A DNA stretch of 24,000 nt from Aliivibrio kagoshimensis (GTDB lineage: Bacteria > Pseudomonadota > Gammaproteobacteria > Enterobacterales > Vibrionaceae): contig NZ_JAKJSQ010000048.1 of assembly GCF_050337105.1 (NCBI RefSeq), positions 4,209 through 28,208 on the forward strand, given 5' to 3'. This document shows, piece after piece, positions 12,872 through 21,759 of this stretch. Every line of letters begins with the position of its first letter. Position 1 is the first letter of the stretch. The position numbers and the translations under genes were made by a program. The notes below the pieces were generated by a model. That model had not been told where the DNA came from, made no database searches, and saw only the letters and a program-made list of their open reading frames with translations.

Positions 12872-13908
12872 TGGATAATCAGTGTTATCACGATGGCCAG
12901 CCTGCAAATGTGTATACGCTGCGCAATCGACTCGGAACTCAGATTAAGGTGATGGATATTGGTGCGACTTGGCTTAGTTGTCAGCTTAATGTCGATCAGA
13001 AAAGCAGAGAAGTACTGTTAGGGGTTGATACCATCAGCAAACAACAGCAGCAGCAGGCCTATTTGGGGGCGACAGTCGGTCGGTATGCCAATCGCATTGC
13101 TGGTGGACAGTTTACGATTGGTTCACAACCCTTTCAGCTGTCGGTTAACCAGGGCAGTAACTGCTTGCATGGCGGTCAGGAGGGCTTTGATAAACGCCGA
13201 TGGAGTCTGCTTGAGCAAAGCCATGATGGTGTGCGTTTAGCGCTTAACTCTGCTGCGGGAGATCAAGGTTTTCCTGGCAATGTGACGGTTACCGTTCATT
13301 ATCAATTAACAGAGCACAATGAGGTCATTATTCGTTATGCGGCCATCACAGATGAAGCATGTCCGGTGAATTTAACCAATCACGCCTATTTTAACTTGAT
13401 GGGAGATGAGTCATTCATTAGTGCACTTGATCACCAATTACAGGTCGCCGCCAGCCACTATGTGGTGACTGATGAAACGGCGATACCCACAGGGGAGCTG
13501 AGGGAGGTACAAGGGAGTGGTTTTGATTTTAATCAGCGTAAGTTGATTAAACAGGATTTTTTGCACGATGCTGATCAGAAGCTGTTGAGCGGATATGACC
13601 ACGCCCTACTGCTGGACAGTGATAAAACGGACGGTGAACAGGTGGTGGCTTGTTTGGTGTCGGCAGATAATCGACTGACTATGGAGGTGAGAACCACCAA
13701 GCCCGCCATGCAGATCTACAGCGGTAATTTCTTACAGGGAACGTCAGGGCGTGGACAGCATAAATATAGTAACCATGATGGTATCGCCTTAGAGACACAG
13801 TTTATGCCGGACTCTCCGAATCATCCTGAGTGGCCACAAGTCTCTTCGATATTGCAGCCTGATCAGACCTACCATGCGGTGACTAAATATCGCTTTATTG
13901 TGGACTAA
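12871..13908 (+). CDS. galM: Aldose 1-epimerase (galactose mutarotase)
   Basis: 345 aa. Motifs include GRYANRI, NCLHGG, VNLTNHAYFNL and GIALETQ. Its ATG shares one nucleotide with the galK stop (TAATG). Confidence 0.92.
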   Translation: MDNQCYHDGQPANVYTLRNRLGTQIKVMDIGATWLSCQLNVDQKSREVLLGVDTISKQQQQQAYLGATVGRYANRIAGGQFTIGSQPFQLSVNQGSNCLHGGQEGFDKRRWSLLEQSHDGVRLALNSAAGDQGFPGNVTVTVHYQLTEHNEVIIRYAAITDEACPVNLTNHAYFNLMGDESFISALDHQLQVAASHYVVTDETAIPTGELREVQGSGFDFNQRKLIKQDFLHDADQKLLSGYDHALLLDSDKTDGEQVVACLVSADNRLTMEVRTTKPAMQIYSGNFLQGTSGRGQHKYSNHDGIALETQFMPDSPNHPEWPQVSSILQPDQTYHAVTKYRFIVD

Positions 13909-14903
13909 ATTTTACTCACTGAGTTTCGTTTAATTAGGGTTGGATTAAACAGACTGACGCTACTGCTTTTTTGCTCACTTTTGGCCAGTAAAATCGCTAA
14001 CGAGGCCGCTTTTTCTGCCATGATCTGAATCGGGTAACGAATGGTGGTCAATTTAGGGTGAACAAACTTGGCAATCAATCCGTCATCAAACCCTACTAGC
14101 GACATCTGCTCCGGTACTGAAATACTATTATCTTCAAGCGTAGAAAGGGCACCCGCTGCCATAAAGTCGTTATAAGCCACTGTTGCGGTGATCGGTAAAT
14201 TTTTCGCTAGTAGGTTCATCATCGCTTTTTCGCCGCCAAGATCCGTTGGCTCAGATTGTTCAATGTAGTTGTCAGATACGAAGAGCTGATTATCCTTAAG
14301 CGCTTGTAAATACCCATCTCTGCGCTGGCTACTGTCCTCAATCTCGTGGTTAGAATTAATACAGGCGATATGCTGGTGGCCATTTTTGATGAGAAATTCG
14401 GTGGCCAAATAGGCCCCTTTGAAGTTGTCGAGAGCAATACAGCGCTCGGCGATCTCAGGGACAAGTCGATTGATTAAAATAAAGCCGGGCACTTCGTTGG
14501 CGTAATCGATGATCTCTTGATTGCTGAGTGCCTTTGAGTGAACCACTAGAGAGTCACATCGGCTATTGATCAGCAGTTCAATGGCATTACGTTCATCATC
14601 GGCATTATGGTAACCGTTACCGATTAACACCTGTTTGCCATTTTTACGCGCGACATCATCCACCGCTTTAATCATGAGGCCAAAAAAGGGATCGGAGACA
14701 TCACTGACAATCACCCCAATGGTATTGGTGCTTTTACTGACTAAAGCTCGAGCGTTGGCATTGGGTCTATATCCAAGTGATTTCATCGATTTTTCAACCA
14801 GTTCAATGGATCTTGAACTCGCTTTAGGTGATTTGTTAATGACTCTCGAGACGGTAGCGATGGAGACGCCTGCATCTTTTGCCACATCTTTTATGGTAGC
14901 CAT
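13905..14903 (-). CDS. galR: LacI-family galactose repressor (GalR/GalS-like)
   Basis: 332 aa. MATIKDVAKDAGVSIATVSRVINKSPKAS...YRPNANARAL...VSDPFFG...LIGNGYHN is collinear with E. coli GalR. Its stop codon overlaps the galM stop (CTAA). Confidence 0.85.
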   Translation of the reverse strand: MATIKDVAKDAGVSIATVSRVINKSPKASSRSIELVEKSMKSLGYRPNANARALVSKSTNTIGVIVSDVSDPFFGLMIKAVDDVARKNGKQVLIGNGYHNADDERNAIELLINSRCDSLVVHSKALSNQEIIDYANEVPGFILINRLVPEIAERCIALDNFKGAYLATEFLIKNGHQHIACINSNHEIEDSSQRRDGYLQALKDNQLFVSDNYIEQSEPTDLGGEKAMMNLLAKNLPITATVAYNDFMAAGALSTLEDNSISVPEQMSLVGFDDGLIAKFVHPKLTTIRYPIQIMAEKAASLAILLAKSEQKSSSVSLFNPTLIKRNSVSKI

Positions 14904-15024
14904 GAATAACCTCGTACTTTAAGTACCCCCATTTAACCCCCGTGGTGAAAATATGGCAATATCTGATTAATGTTTTGTAATAAAGTAAGAAGTAGATCGC
15001 TGTAATTACTTGCTTTATTGTTAA

Positions 15025-16144
<1,120 letters not shown>

Positions 16145-16198
16145 TGAACGATTTCCTTATCCTATCTGGTTGACTCCTAGCGTACTTCAGTCAAGTAA

Positions 16199-17590
16199 TT
16201 AGAGGTGTGTTTTAAGGTTAAACGATTTAGTTTGGGTGACGTTGTGATAACCAAAGGTCGATAATGAACTGCCACTGCCTGAATTTTTTGTACCAGACCA
16301 AGCCAGAGCGGGATCTTGATAATCGCAACGATTAATAAAGAAGGTACCAACGTGCAGCTCTTCTCCTATTTCGGTAGCCGCATCGATGTCTGAACTAAAC
16401 ACAGAAGCAGTAAGCCCAAATGGAGAGTCGTTCATCAGTGCAATCGCCTCTTGATCGCTGTTCACGCGCATGACTCCCACTACAGGACCAAAGGTCTCTT
16501 CACGCATGATGCTCATTTTATGAGTCACCTTGCTGAGTAATTGAGGGGCAAGATAGCAAGTGTTAAGATTGGCGGCGGGAAAATCTGACGCCGTAATATG
16601 AGCAACAGCTCCCATGGCGATCGCCTCATCGATTTGTGCTCGAATGTACCTTGCCGCAGAGAGGCTAACAACCGGTCCGAGTGTTACTTGAGGATCATAC
16701 GGTGGTCCCAGCTTGAATTGTTTAATCAGCTTTTCCGCTTTGCCTACAAACTCCGAATAGATGGTACGGTGCACATAGATACGTTCAATGGCGCTGCACG
16801 ATTGACCTGAATTGAAATAGGCGCCGTCGATACAGCTTTCAACGGCATGGTCAATATCGGCGTCATGACGAATGTAGCTTGAATCTTTACCACTCAACTC
16901 TAATCCGACCTCAACAATGCTATCCGCTGCCGCCGCTTTAATCGCTTTCCCACCCTCTACTGAACCAGTAAAAGAGACATAATTAATACCAGGGTGTTTG
17001 ACCAGTTTTTGGGTATCGGCGCGGTTCAAATGGAGATACTGGAATACCTCCGCCGGTATCTGAGTTTGCTGAAAGGCTTTGGCAAACTGTTCAGCGCACA
17101 GTAGGGTCTGAGAGGAGTGTTTTAAAATAACACTGTTTCCAGCCATGATGGCTGGAATGATGGTGTTCACTGCACTTAAATAGGGGTAGTTCCAAGGCGA
17201 GATAACCAGTACGGTGCCTAAGGGTTCTTTTTTTATATATCGGGAATAACCTGGAAGTTGACTCAAAACGGTGGGTTCTAAAGCCTCTTCGGCTGCATCG
17301 ATCATATAACGAGCGCGCTCTTCTGTGGCAAGGATTTCGGCTCTGGCGTAACGAATCGGTCTTCCCATCATCCAGCATAGTTGGCGTGCAATTTCATCTT
17401 GATTCGCGATGATGGCATCAATGACCTGGTGACAAATCGCCGCTCTATCAGCAAGTTTGCTCCCCTTCCACTGCTGGTGCGCAGCTTGTGCATCATGCAC
17501 GGCTGTTTCAACCTCAGGTGGGCTAGCAAGTTTTCTGGTGGCGTAAATTGAGCCATCAATAGGACTGCGACTGGTTAACACATCACTCAT
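16199..17590 (-). CDS. NAD(P)-dependent aldehyde dehydrogenase family protein
   Basis: 463 aa. ALDH motifs are present: FTGSVEGGKAI, ELSGKD (a variant of ELGGK) containing the catalytic Glu, the catalytic Cys in FNSGQSCSAIERIYV, and EETFGPV. The substrate cannot be determined from the sequence. Confidence 0.9.
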   Translation of the reverse strand: MSDVLTSRSPIDGSIYATRKLASPPEVETAVHDAQAAHQQWKGSKLADRAAICHQVIDAIIANQDEIARQLCWMMGRPIRYARAEILATEERARYMIDAAEEALEPTVLSQLPGYSRYIKKEPLGTVLVISPWNYPYLSAVNTIIPAIMAGNSVILKHSSQTLLCAEQFAKAFQQTQIPAEVFQYLHLNRADTQKLVKHPGINYVSFTGSVEGGKAIKAAAADSIVEVGLELSGKDSSYIRHDADIDHAVESCIDGAYFNSGQSCSAIERIYVHRTIYSEFVGKAEKLIKQFKLGPPYDPQVTLGPVVSLSAARYIRAQIDEAIAMGAVAHITASDFPAANLNTCYLAPQLLSKVTHKMSIMREETFGPVVGVMRVNSDQEAIALMNDSPFGLTASVFSSDIDAATEIGEELHVGTFFINRCDYQDPALAWSGTKNSGSGSSLSTFGYHNVTQTKSFNLKTHL

Positions 17591-17683
17591 TTTTAATGCC
17601 TTTTACTGCTCGTCGGATGGGGGAATCTTCACACGGATGTAAAGGAGCAATTCGAATCGATAAATATTGTAGGTAATGATATA

Positions 17684-17711
17684 AATATAGACGCAAGTGG
17701 GGGAGTTGCAA
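17684..17711 (-). promoter_or_regulatory. Putative sigma70 promoter of the ALDH/GATase operon
   Basis: The minus strand reads TTGCAA, a 16-nt spacer, then TATATT, about 95-120 nt upstream of the ALDH ATG. This is pattern matching only. Confidence 0.35.
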
Positions 17712-17734
17712 TGTTATTTAGGATATTGAAAGAG

Positions 17735-17772
17735 AAGAAAAAAAGAGCCTAAATAGGAATATTTAGGCTCTT
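17735..17772 (-). terminator. Rho-independent terminator of dapD
   Basis: A perfect 13-bp stem AAGAGCCTAAATA/TATTTAGGCTCTT with a 4-nt loop is followed on the minus strand by TTTTTTTCTT. It lies 45 nt after the dapD stop. Confidence 0.8.
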
Positions 17773-17816
17773 AATATTGATTAGGGCTTGTCTGCCATTA
17801 ACGAGGCAGCGTACAA

Positions 17817-18848
17817 CTAGTTATTGTGGTGTAACTCGTTGTTCAGCTCAACCGCAGTTTTATTGGTTAAACATTCGATTTGACCTGTGACTGAGTTGCG
17901 ACGGAACAGCAGATCGGCGTGACCAGCCAAATCGCGCGCTTTGGCTATTTCAATCTCTTTGCCGCTGAGATCAAGCATGCGAACCTTGGTGCCTGCAGTG
18001 ACATATAAGCCAGACTCAATAGTACAGCGATCACCCAGTGGGAAGCCAAGACCGGCATTGGCACCAAGTAGGCAGTTCTCACCGATAGAGATAACCATTT
18101 TTCCACCACCCGATAGAGTCCCCATGATAGAGGCACCGCCACCGACATCAGAACCCTCTCCGACCATGACACCCGCCGAGATGCGACCTTCAACCATGCT
18201 AACACCTTTAGTACCAGCGTTGAAATTGATGAAACCTTCATGCATTACCGTGGTGCCTTGGCCAACGTGTGCACCCAGGCGCACTCGAGAGGTATCTGCA
18301 ATACGAATGCCAGCAGGAACAACGTAATCAACCATCTTAGGGAACTTATCTACACAATCGACGGTGATGATCTCTCCATTTAGACGTGCATCAATTTGAC
18401 GTTCATCTAGCTCTGGAAGATCAATAGGGCCAACGTTGGTCCATGCGATGTTATGAAGTAGACCGAAAATACCATCTAAAACAGTACCGTGTGGTTGAAC
18501 CAAACGGTGAGAAATAAGTTGTAATTTTAGGAAGCCTTCAGCAACAGAGCTTGGTTTCTCATCAGTCGCTAAGATAACTAAAACAAGAGGCTGAGTAGAG
18601 GCTGCCGCTTTAGTCGAAAAGCGTGCGTTGGCGTCATCGCCACTGTCGGCAAAAGCTGCAGCGAGTTGAGAGGCTTGGTCTGATGCGATTTCAAGTGTTT
18701 GATTGCCTTCCTGGTAATCAACCACTTTTGCGATAGCACTAACAAGAGCGTCACTTGGGTTTAAAAGTGGATTAGGGAAAAATGCTTCGATGATTTTTCC
18801 GTCACGGTTTTTTGTTGCAGTGCCTAAAGCAAGCGAGAATGTAGCCAT
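17817..18848 (-). CDS. dapD: 2,3,4,5-tetrahydropyridine-2,6-dicarboxylate N-succinyltransferase (long form)
   Basis: 343 aa from ATG 18848 (MATFSLALGTATKNRDGKIIEAFFPNP...), with GGAGA upstream. The C-terminal left-handed beta-helix has hexapeptide repeats (GAHVGQGTTVMHEGFINFNAGT...GEGSDVGGGASIMG...). Confidence 0.9.
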   Translation of the reverse strand: MATFSLALGTATKNRDGKIIEAFFPNPLLNPSDALVSAIAKVVDYQEGNQTLEIASDQASQLAAAFADSGDDANARFSTKAAASTQPLVLVILATDEKPSSVAEGFLKLQLISHRLVQPHGTVLDGIFGLLHNIAWTNVGPIDLPELDERQIDARLNGEIITVDCVDKFPKMVDYVVPAGIRIADTSRVRLGAHVGQGTTVMHEGFINFNAGTKGVSMVEGRISAGVMVGEGSDVGGGASIMGTLSGGGKMVISIGENCLLGANAGLGFPLGDRCTIESGLYVTAGTKVRMLDLSGKEIEIAKARDLAGHADLLFRRNSVTGQIECLTNKTAVELNNELHHNN

Positions 18849-18950
18849 TATAGAGTAATCTCCGTTTCTATAATTTGATGCTATTGCATCAATAATCAAA
18901 TTTACTTAATAAATTGTATTCATCATAGAGAGAGAACTTTACTAAGTCTA

Positions 18951-18992
18951 TAAAAACAGAAAGCAGCAAGCCAACAAATGACTTACTGCTTT
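18951..18992 (-). terminator. Rho-independent terminator of yebG
   Basis: The minus strand reads AAAGCAGTAAG, an 11-nt loop, then CTTGCTGCTTT (10 of 11 bp), followed by TCTGTTTTT. It lies about 30 nt after the yebG stop. Confidence 0.55.
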
Positions 18993-19021
18993 AAAATGGT
19001 GCTGTGGATTTTGCGTCGAGG

Positions 19022-19321
19022 TTATGCTGCGGCTTCCGAGTCAGATTCGTCGGCAACCACTTTCACTTCTTTGGGTTTTTTCGGTGCAGGTTTACGTTTT
19101 GCACCTAAAGCAACAAGAACATCCTCTTTATTTTTCGCTAAGTATAAAGAGAGCTCTTCTTGTTTTGCTTCATCTTCTAATAACTTGCTTTCACCCAGCA
19201 ATGTGAATAGTTCATCAGCCATATCCAACATTTTGTCATAAGCGTCAGCTTCAGCTTTAGAGGTAAAAGTCATCTTTTCTTCTCCATTGCGTTCCACTAC
19301 GTACTTGACGATAACAGCCAT
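19022..19321 (-). CDS. yebG: DNA damage-inducible protein YebG
   Basis: 99 aa from ATG 19321 (MAVIVKYVVERNGEEKMTFTSKAEADAYDKMLD...), parallel to E. coli YebG (MAVEVKYVV..GEEKMSFTSKKEADAYDKMLD). AGGGGA lies 6 nt upstream of this ATG. The tail is acidic. Confidence 0.85.
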   Translation of the reverse strand: MAVIVKYVVERNGEEKMTFTSKAEADAYDKMLDMADELFTLLGESKLLEDEAKQEELSLYLAKNKEDVLVALGAKRKPAPKKPKEVKVVADESDSEAAA

Positions 19322-19349
19322 GGTCATCCCCTAATAATTAATCTAAATT

Positions 19350-19369
19350 TACTGGCTTTTTATACAGTA
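19350..19369. promoter_or_regulatory. LexA (SOS) box
   Basis: On the yebG-sense strand the site reads TACTGTATAAAAAGCCAGTA, which fits CTGT-N8-ACAG with one mismatch (CCAG). It lies 29-48 nt upstream of the yebG ATG and 39-58 nt upstream of the divergent Tag-like ATG. Confidence 0.75.
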
Positions 19370-19407
19370 GGATCTACACTATGTCCAGTTTAAAGAAGGG
19401 AGTTGTG

Positions 19408-20094
19408 ATGACAAGAGAAAAGTTTGAACCGATTTATCAAAGAGCAGCAGCGAGAAAAGGTGGTGTTGAAAGCTTAGAAGGCATCATTAATACGCCGTTA
19501 ACCACAGCCGATCTTTCCAGAATTTCTGATGATCGTTGGTTGGCCTGTTTTACCGAAAAAGTGTTTCAGTGTGGTATCTCGTGGAGTGTGGTGAGAAAAA
19601 AATGGCCCAATTTTGAAGCGGCGTTTTTTGGCTTTGATATTGAAAAGATGCTGTTGATGCCCGACACGATGTGGGAACAAAAGGCGCAAGATCCGCAAAT
19701 TATTCGTCATCTTACTAAGGTGATGACCATTCCTGCCAATGCTCGCATGATCCAACAGGCACAAAAGAGAGGTGGCGGGTTTGCGCAAATGGTCGCAGAG
19801 TGGCCCACTGAAGATATTACTGGGTTATGGAATTATCTCAAAAAGCATGGCAAGCGATTAGGTGGCAACACCGGAGCCTATAGTTTACGTGTGATGGGAA
19901 AAGACACCTTCATTCTCTCTTCTGATGTCGAAGCGTATCTACGACAGTGCGATATAGTAGACAGTGGCAGAACAACCAAAAGGGCGCAAGTAGCGGCTCA
20001 GACTGCGTTTAATGATTGGCAGCAAGAGTCGGGAAGAAGCTTAAGCGAAATCAGTCAGGTTATCGCCTTTAGTTGCGGCGATAATCGTGTATAA
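19408..20094 (+). CDS. Tag-like helix-hairpin-helix protein (DNA-3-methyladenine glycosylase I superfamily, atypical)
   Basis: 228 aa from ATG 19408, which has AAGGGAG 5 nt upstream. Three segments align with E. coli Tag. FQCGISWSVVRKKWPNFEAAFFGFD aligns with QQAGLSWITVLKKRENYRACFHQFD. DPQIIRHLTKVMTIPANAR aligns with DAGIIRHRGKIQAIIGNAR. LKKHGKRLGGNTGAYSL aligns with LKKRGFKFVGTTICYSF. The N-terminal Tag motif is absent. Confidence 0.7.
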   Translation: MTREKFEPIYQRAAARKGGVESLEGIINTPLTTADLSRISDDRWLACFTEKVFQCGISWSVVRKKWPNFEAAFFGFDIEKMLLMPDTMWEQKAQDPQIIRHLTKVMTIPANARMIQQAQKRGGGFAQMVAEWPTEDITGLWNYLKKHGKRLGGNTGAYSLRVMGKDTFILSSDVEAYLRQCDIVDSGRTTKRAQVAAQTAFNDWQQESGRSLSEISQVIAFSCGDNRV

Positions 20095-20139
20095 ACCGTT
20101 TGCTCAAGCTCGCATTGGAATTATTCGTTTGGGGAGAGG

Positions 20140-20571
20140 TTACTTAACCATGATCTCGATAGAACCATTTGCTGCGTAAGAGCCTTTAGGTCTATCAACG
20201 CAGTAGAACGTGGCGACATATTTACCAACATCGATTTTATGGGTTAAGGTGGCCCCCCCTTTGGTTGGGGAGTTCCAGTTCCCTTTATCAGAGAGTGGCT
20301 GCATGATCTGCATATTCTCTAGAAACTGTACGTCGGTAGGTAACCCTTGCTGATAGACAGCGATAAAAGCAAAATCGTCGCTGTTTTTACACTGCATTTT
20401 GGCCGTGATGCTACCCGGTTGAATCGTTAACGGTTTGCTCTCTTTACTCAGTAAGACGCTGTTATCCCCTTTCGCCACTGATGCCATTTTAATGTCACCA
20501 GCAAGTGCATAACCATTCATGCTAAGAGTGAGCATTGTGCTGAGTAATACCGATTTTTTTAATCTGTTCAT
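20140..20571 (-). CDS. Secreted hypothetical protein (Sec signal peptide, beta-rich)
   Basis: 143 aa. The signal peptide is MNRLKKSVLLSTMLTLSMNGYALA|GD, and AAGGA lies 7 nt upstream of the ATG. The mature ~119-aa domain has two Cys residues. I recognise no family. Confidence 0.6.
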   Translation of the reverse strand: MNRLKKSVLLSTMLTLSMNGYALAGDIKMASVAKGDNSVLLSKESKPLTIQPGSITAKMQCKNSDDFAFIAVYQQGLPTDVQFLENMQIMQPLSDKGNWNSPTKGGATLTHKIDVGKYVATFYCVDRPKGSYAANGSIEIMVK

Positions 20572-20764
20572 GAATTTATCCTTAAGTCATTTGAGTGAAG
20601 GTAATCTGTAACGATTAGGTTACTGAAATCACTTTAAGGTATTAAAAACAGTGCATACATCACTCTAGGGTGATTTGGGGTCGCTACTTCCAACAATAAT
20701 TATCTTGACCAAATCTTGGTGATTTTTTGACAGAGTAGAGAGAATAGAGGTCGCAAGGCTCCGT

Positions 20765-21643
20765 TTACCACTGCTGACAAAATGAGATAAAGCTTTTAAG
20801 CAGCGCACTTTGGTACTTCTCTTTATGCATTAATATCCAGTAGCGACGCTTCATATCAAGAGGCAGAGTGAGCTCTACCAAACGACCATCGGCTAACGCG
20901 TATTGTGCGGCTTGTTTTGATAAGCATGCCAGCCCTAGATCCGCGGCGGTAAAATTGATAATGGCTTCGGTGGTATTGAGTTCAAAGGCGAGGGTCCACT
21001 TTTCAATTCTTGGAGCGATACGCTGTACAAAAAATTCACGGGTGCCTGAGCCAGCTTCTCTGACGATCCATTGACTCTGTTCAAAGTCCAATAGAGAGAG
21101 GTTCTCTTTTCTGGCTAGCGGGTTATCAGGTGAACAGACAATGGCCATCTCATCAGTGTGCCAAGGCTCCATGTACAGATCTGCATGCTGGGTTTTCCCT
21201 TCGATCAATCCAATGTCGAGTTCATAATCGACCAACTTCTGACAGATGACCGACGTGTTACCAATTAATAGCTGCTGCTCTTGCTGTAAGGTAAGTTTTC
21301 GAAAGTCTCTCAATAGGTAGGGGACGACTTGATTACCTATAGTATCGCTGGCCCCAATTTTCAGTTCACCAGTGAGTTGGTTTTCATTTTCAAATAGATG
21401 AGCAATGCCGTTCTCTCTTTCGAGTAACTCGTCGGCAAGGGGCAGTAGACGCTTGCCATTATGGTTAATAATAAGGCGATTGTTCACTCGATCAAACAGC
21501 TTATGCCCAATGTTGTTTTCAAGCTCGGACAGGGCCATACTGACCGCAGGTTTTGACAGAAAGAGCTTTTCGGCTGCAGAAGTGATGGTTTTTTCTTGAG
21601 TAACTGTCACAAAAACACGTAACTGTTTGATCGATATATTCAC
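20765..21643 (-). CDS. LysR-family transcriptional regulator (YeiE-like)
   Basis: 292 aa from GTG 21643 (VNISIKQLRVFVTVTQEKTITSAAEKLFLSKPAVSMALSELE...), with AAGGAA 6 nt upstream. This aligns with the start of E. coli YeiE (MHITLRQLEVF...). The track start at 21697 adds 18 unsupported residues. Confidence 0.85.
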   Translation of the reverse strand: MNISIKQLRVFVTVTQEKTITSAAEKLFLSKPAVSMALSELENNIGHKLFDRVNNRLIINHNGKRLLPLADELLERENGIAHLFENENQLTGELKIGASDTIGNQVVPYLLRDFRKLTLQQEQQLLIGNTSVICQKLVDYELDIGLIEGKTQHADLYMEPWHTDEMAIVCSPDNPLARKENLSLLDFEQSQWIVREAGSGTREFFVQRIAPRIEKWTLAFELNTTEAIINFTAADLGLACLSKQAAQYALADGRLVELTLPLDMKRRYWILMHKEKYQSALLKSFISFCQQW

Positions 21644-21759
21644 GCGATATTCCTTTTGTTGTTCAATATATTTTAACCTATTTTTAAATTTATTCATCTA
21701 TTCTTAATGATGAAATGGCTCTATTATCTCGTTGTCCTTCATGGAGTAGTGAGAAACTC

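Noticed and set aside
17651-17658. TTCGAATC, reminiscent of a tRNA T-loop.
   Set aside because: The flanking bases cannot form a T-stem (GAGCA versus CGATA). No acceptor or anticodon arms are present. No tRNA-sized gap exists anywhere in the window.
17711-17752. A 13-codon mini-ORF (MLFRILKEKKKRA) on the plus strand. It is preceded by GGGGGAG with a 5-nt spacer and ends inside the dapD terminator hairpin. It could be read as a small peptide or sRNA unit with a TCGATA-17-TATAAA promoter at 17657-17685.
   Set aside because: The same DNA is well explained on the minus strand as the ALDH promoter (TTGCAA-16-TATATT, with the G-run in its spacer) plus the dapD terminator. The hairpin has a good U-tract only on the minus strand. 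The peptide has no toxin-like or leader-like character.
17941-18327. A 128-aa plus-strand ORF and a 98-aa minus-strand alternate-frame ORF (17945-18241) inside dapD.
   Set aside because: Both lie entirely within the well-supported dapD frame. They have Pro/Ser/Arg-rich low-complexity translations typical of off-frame reading of hexapeptide-repeat (GGN/GNN-rich) coding DNA. Neither has an RBS.
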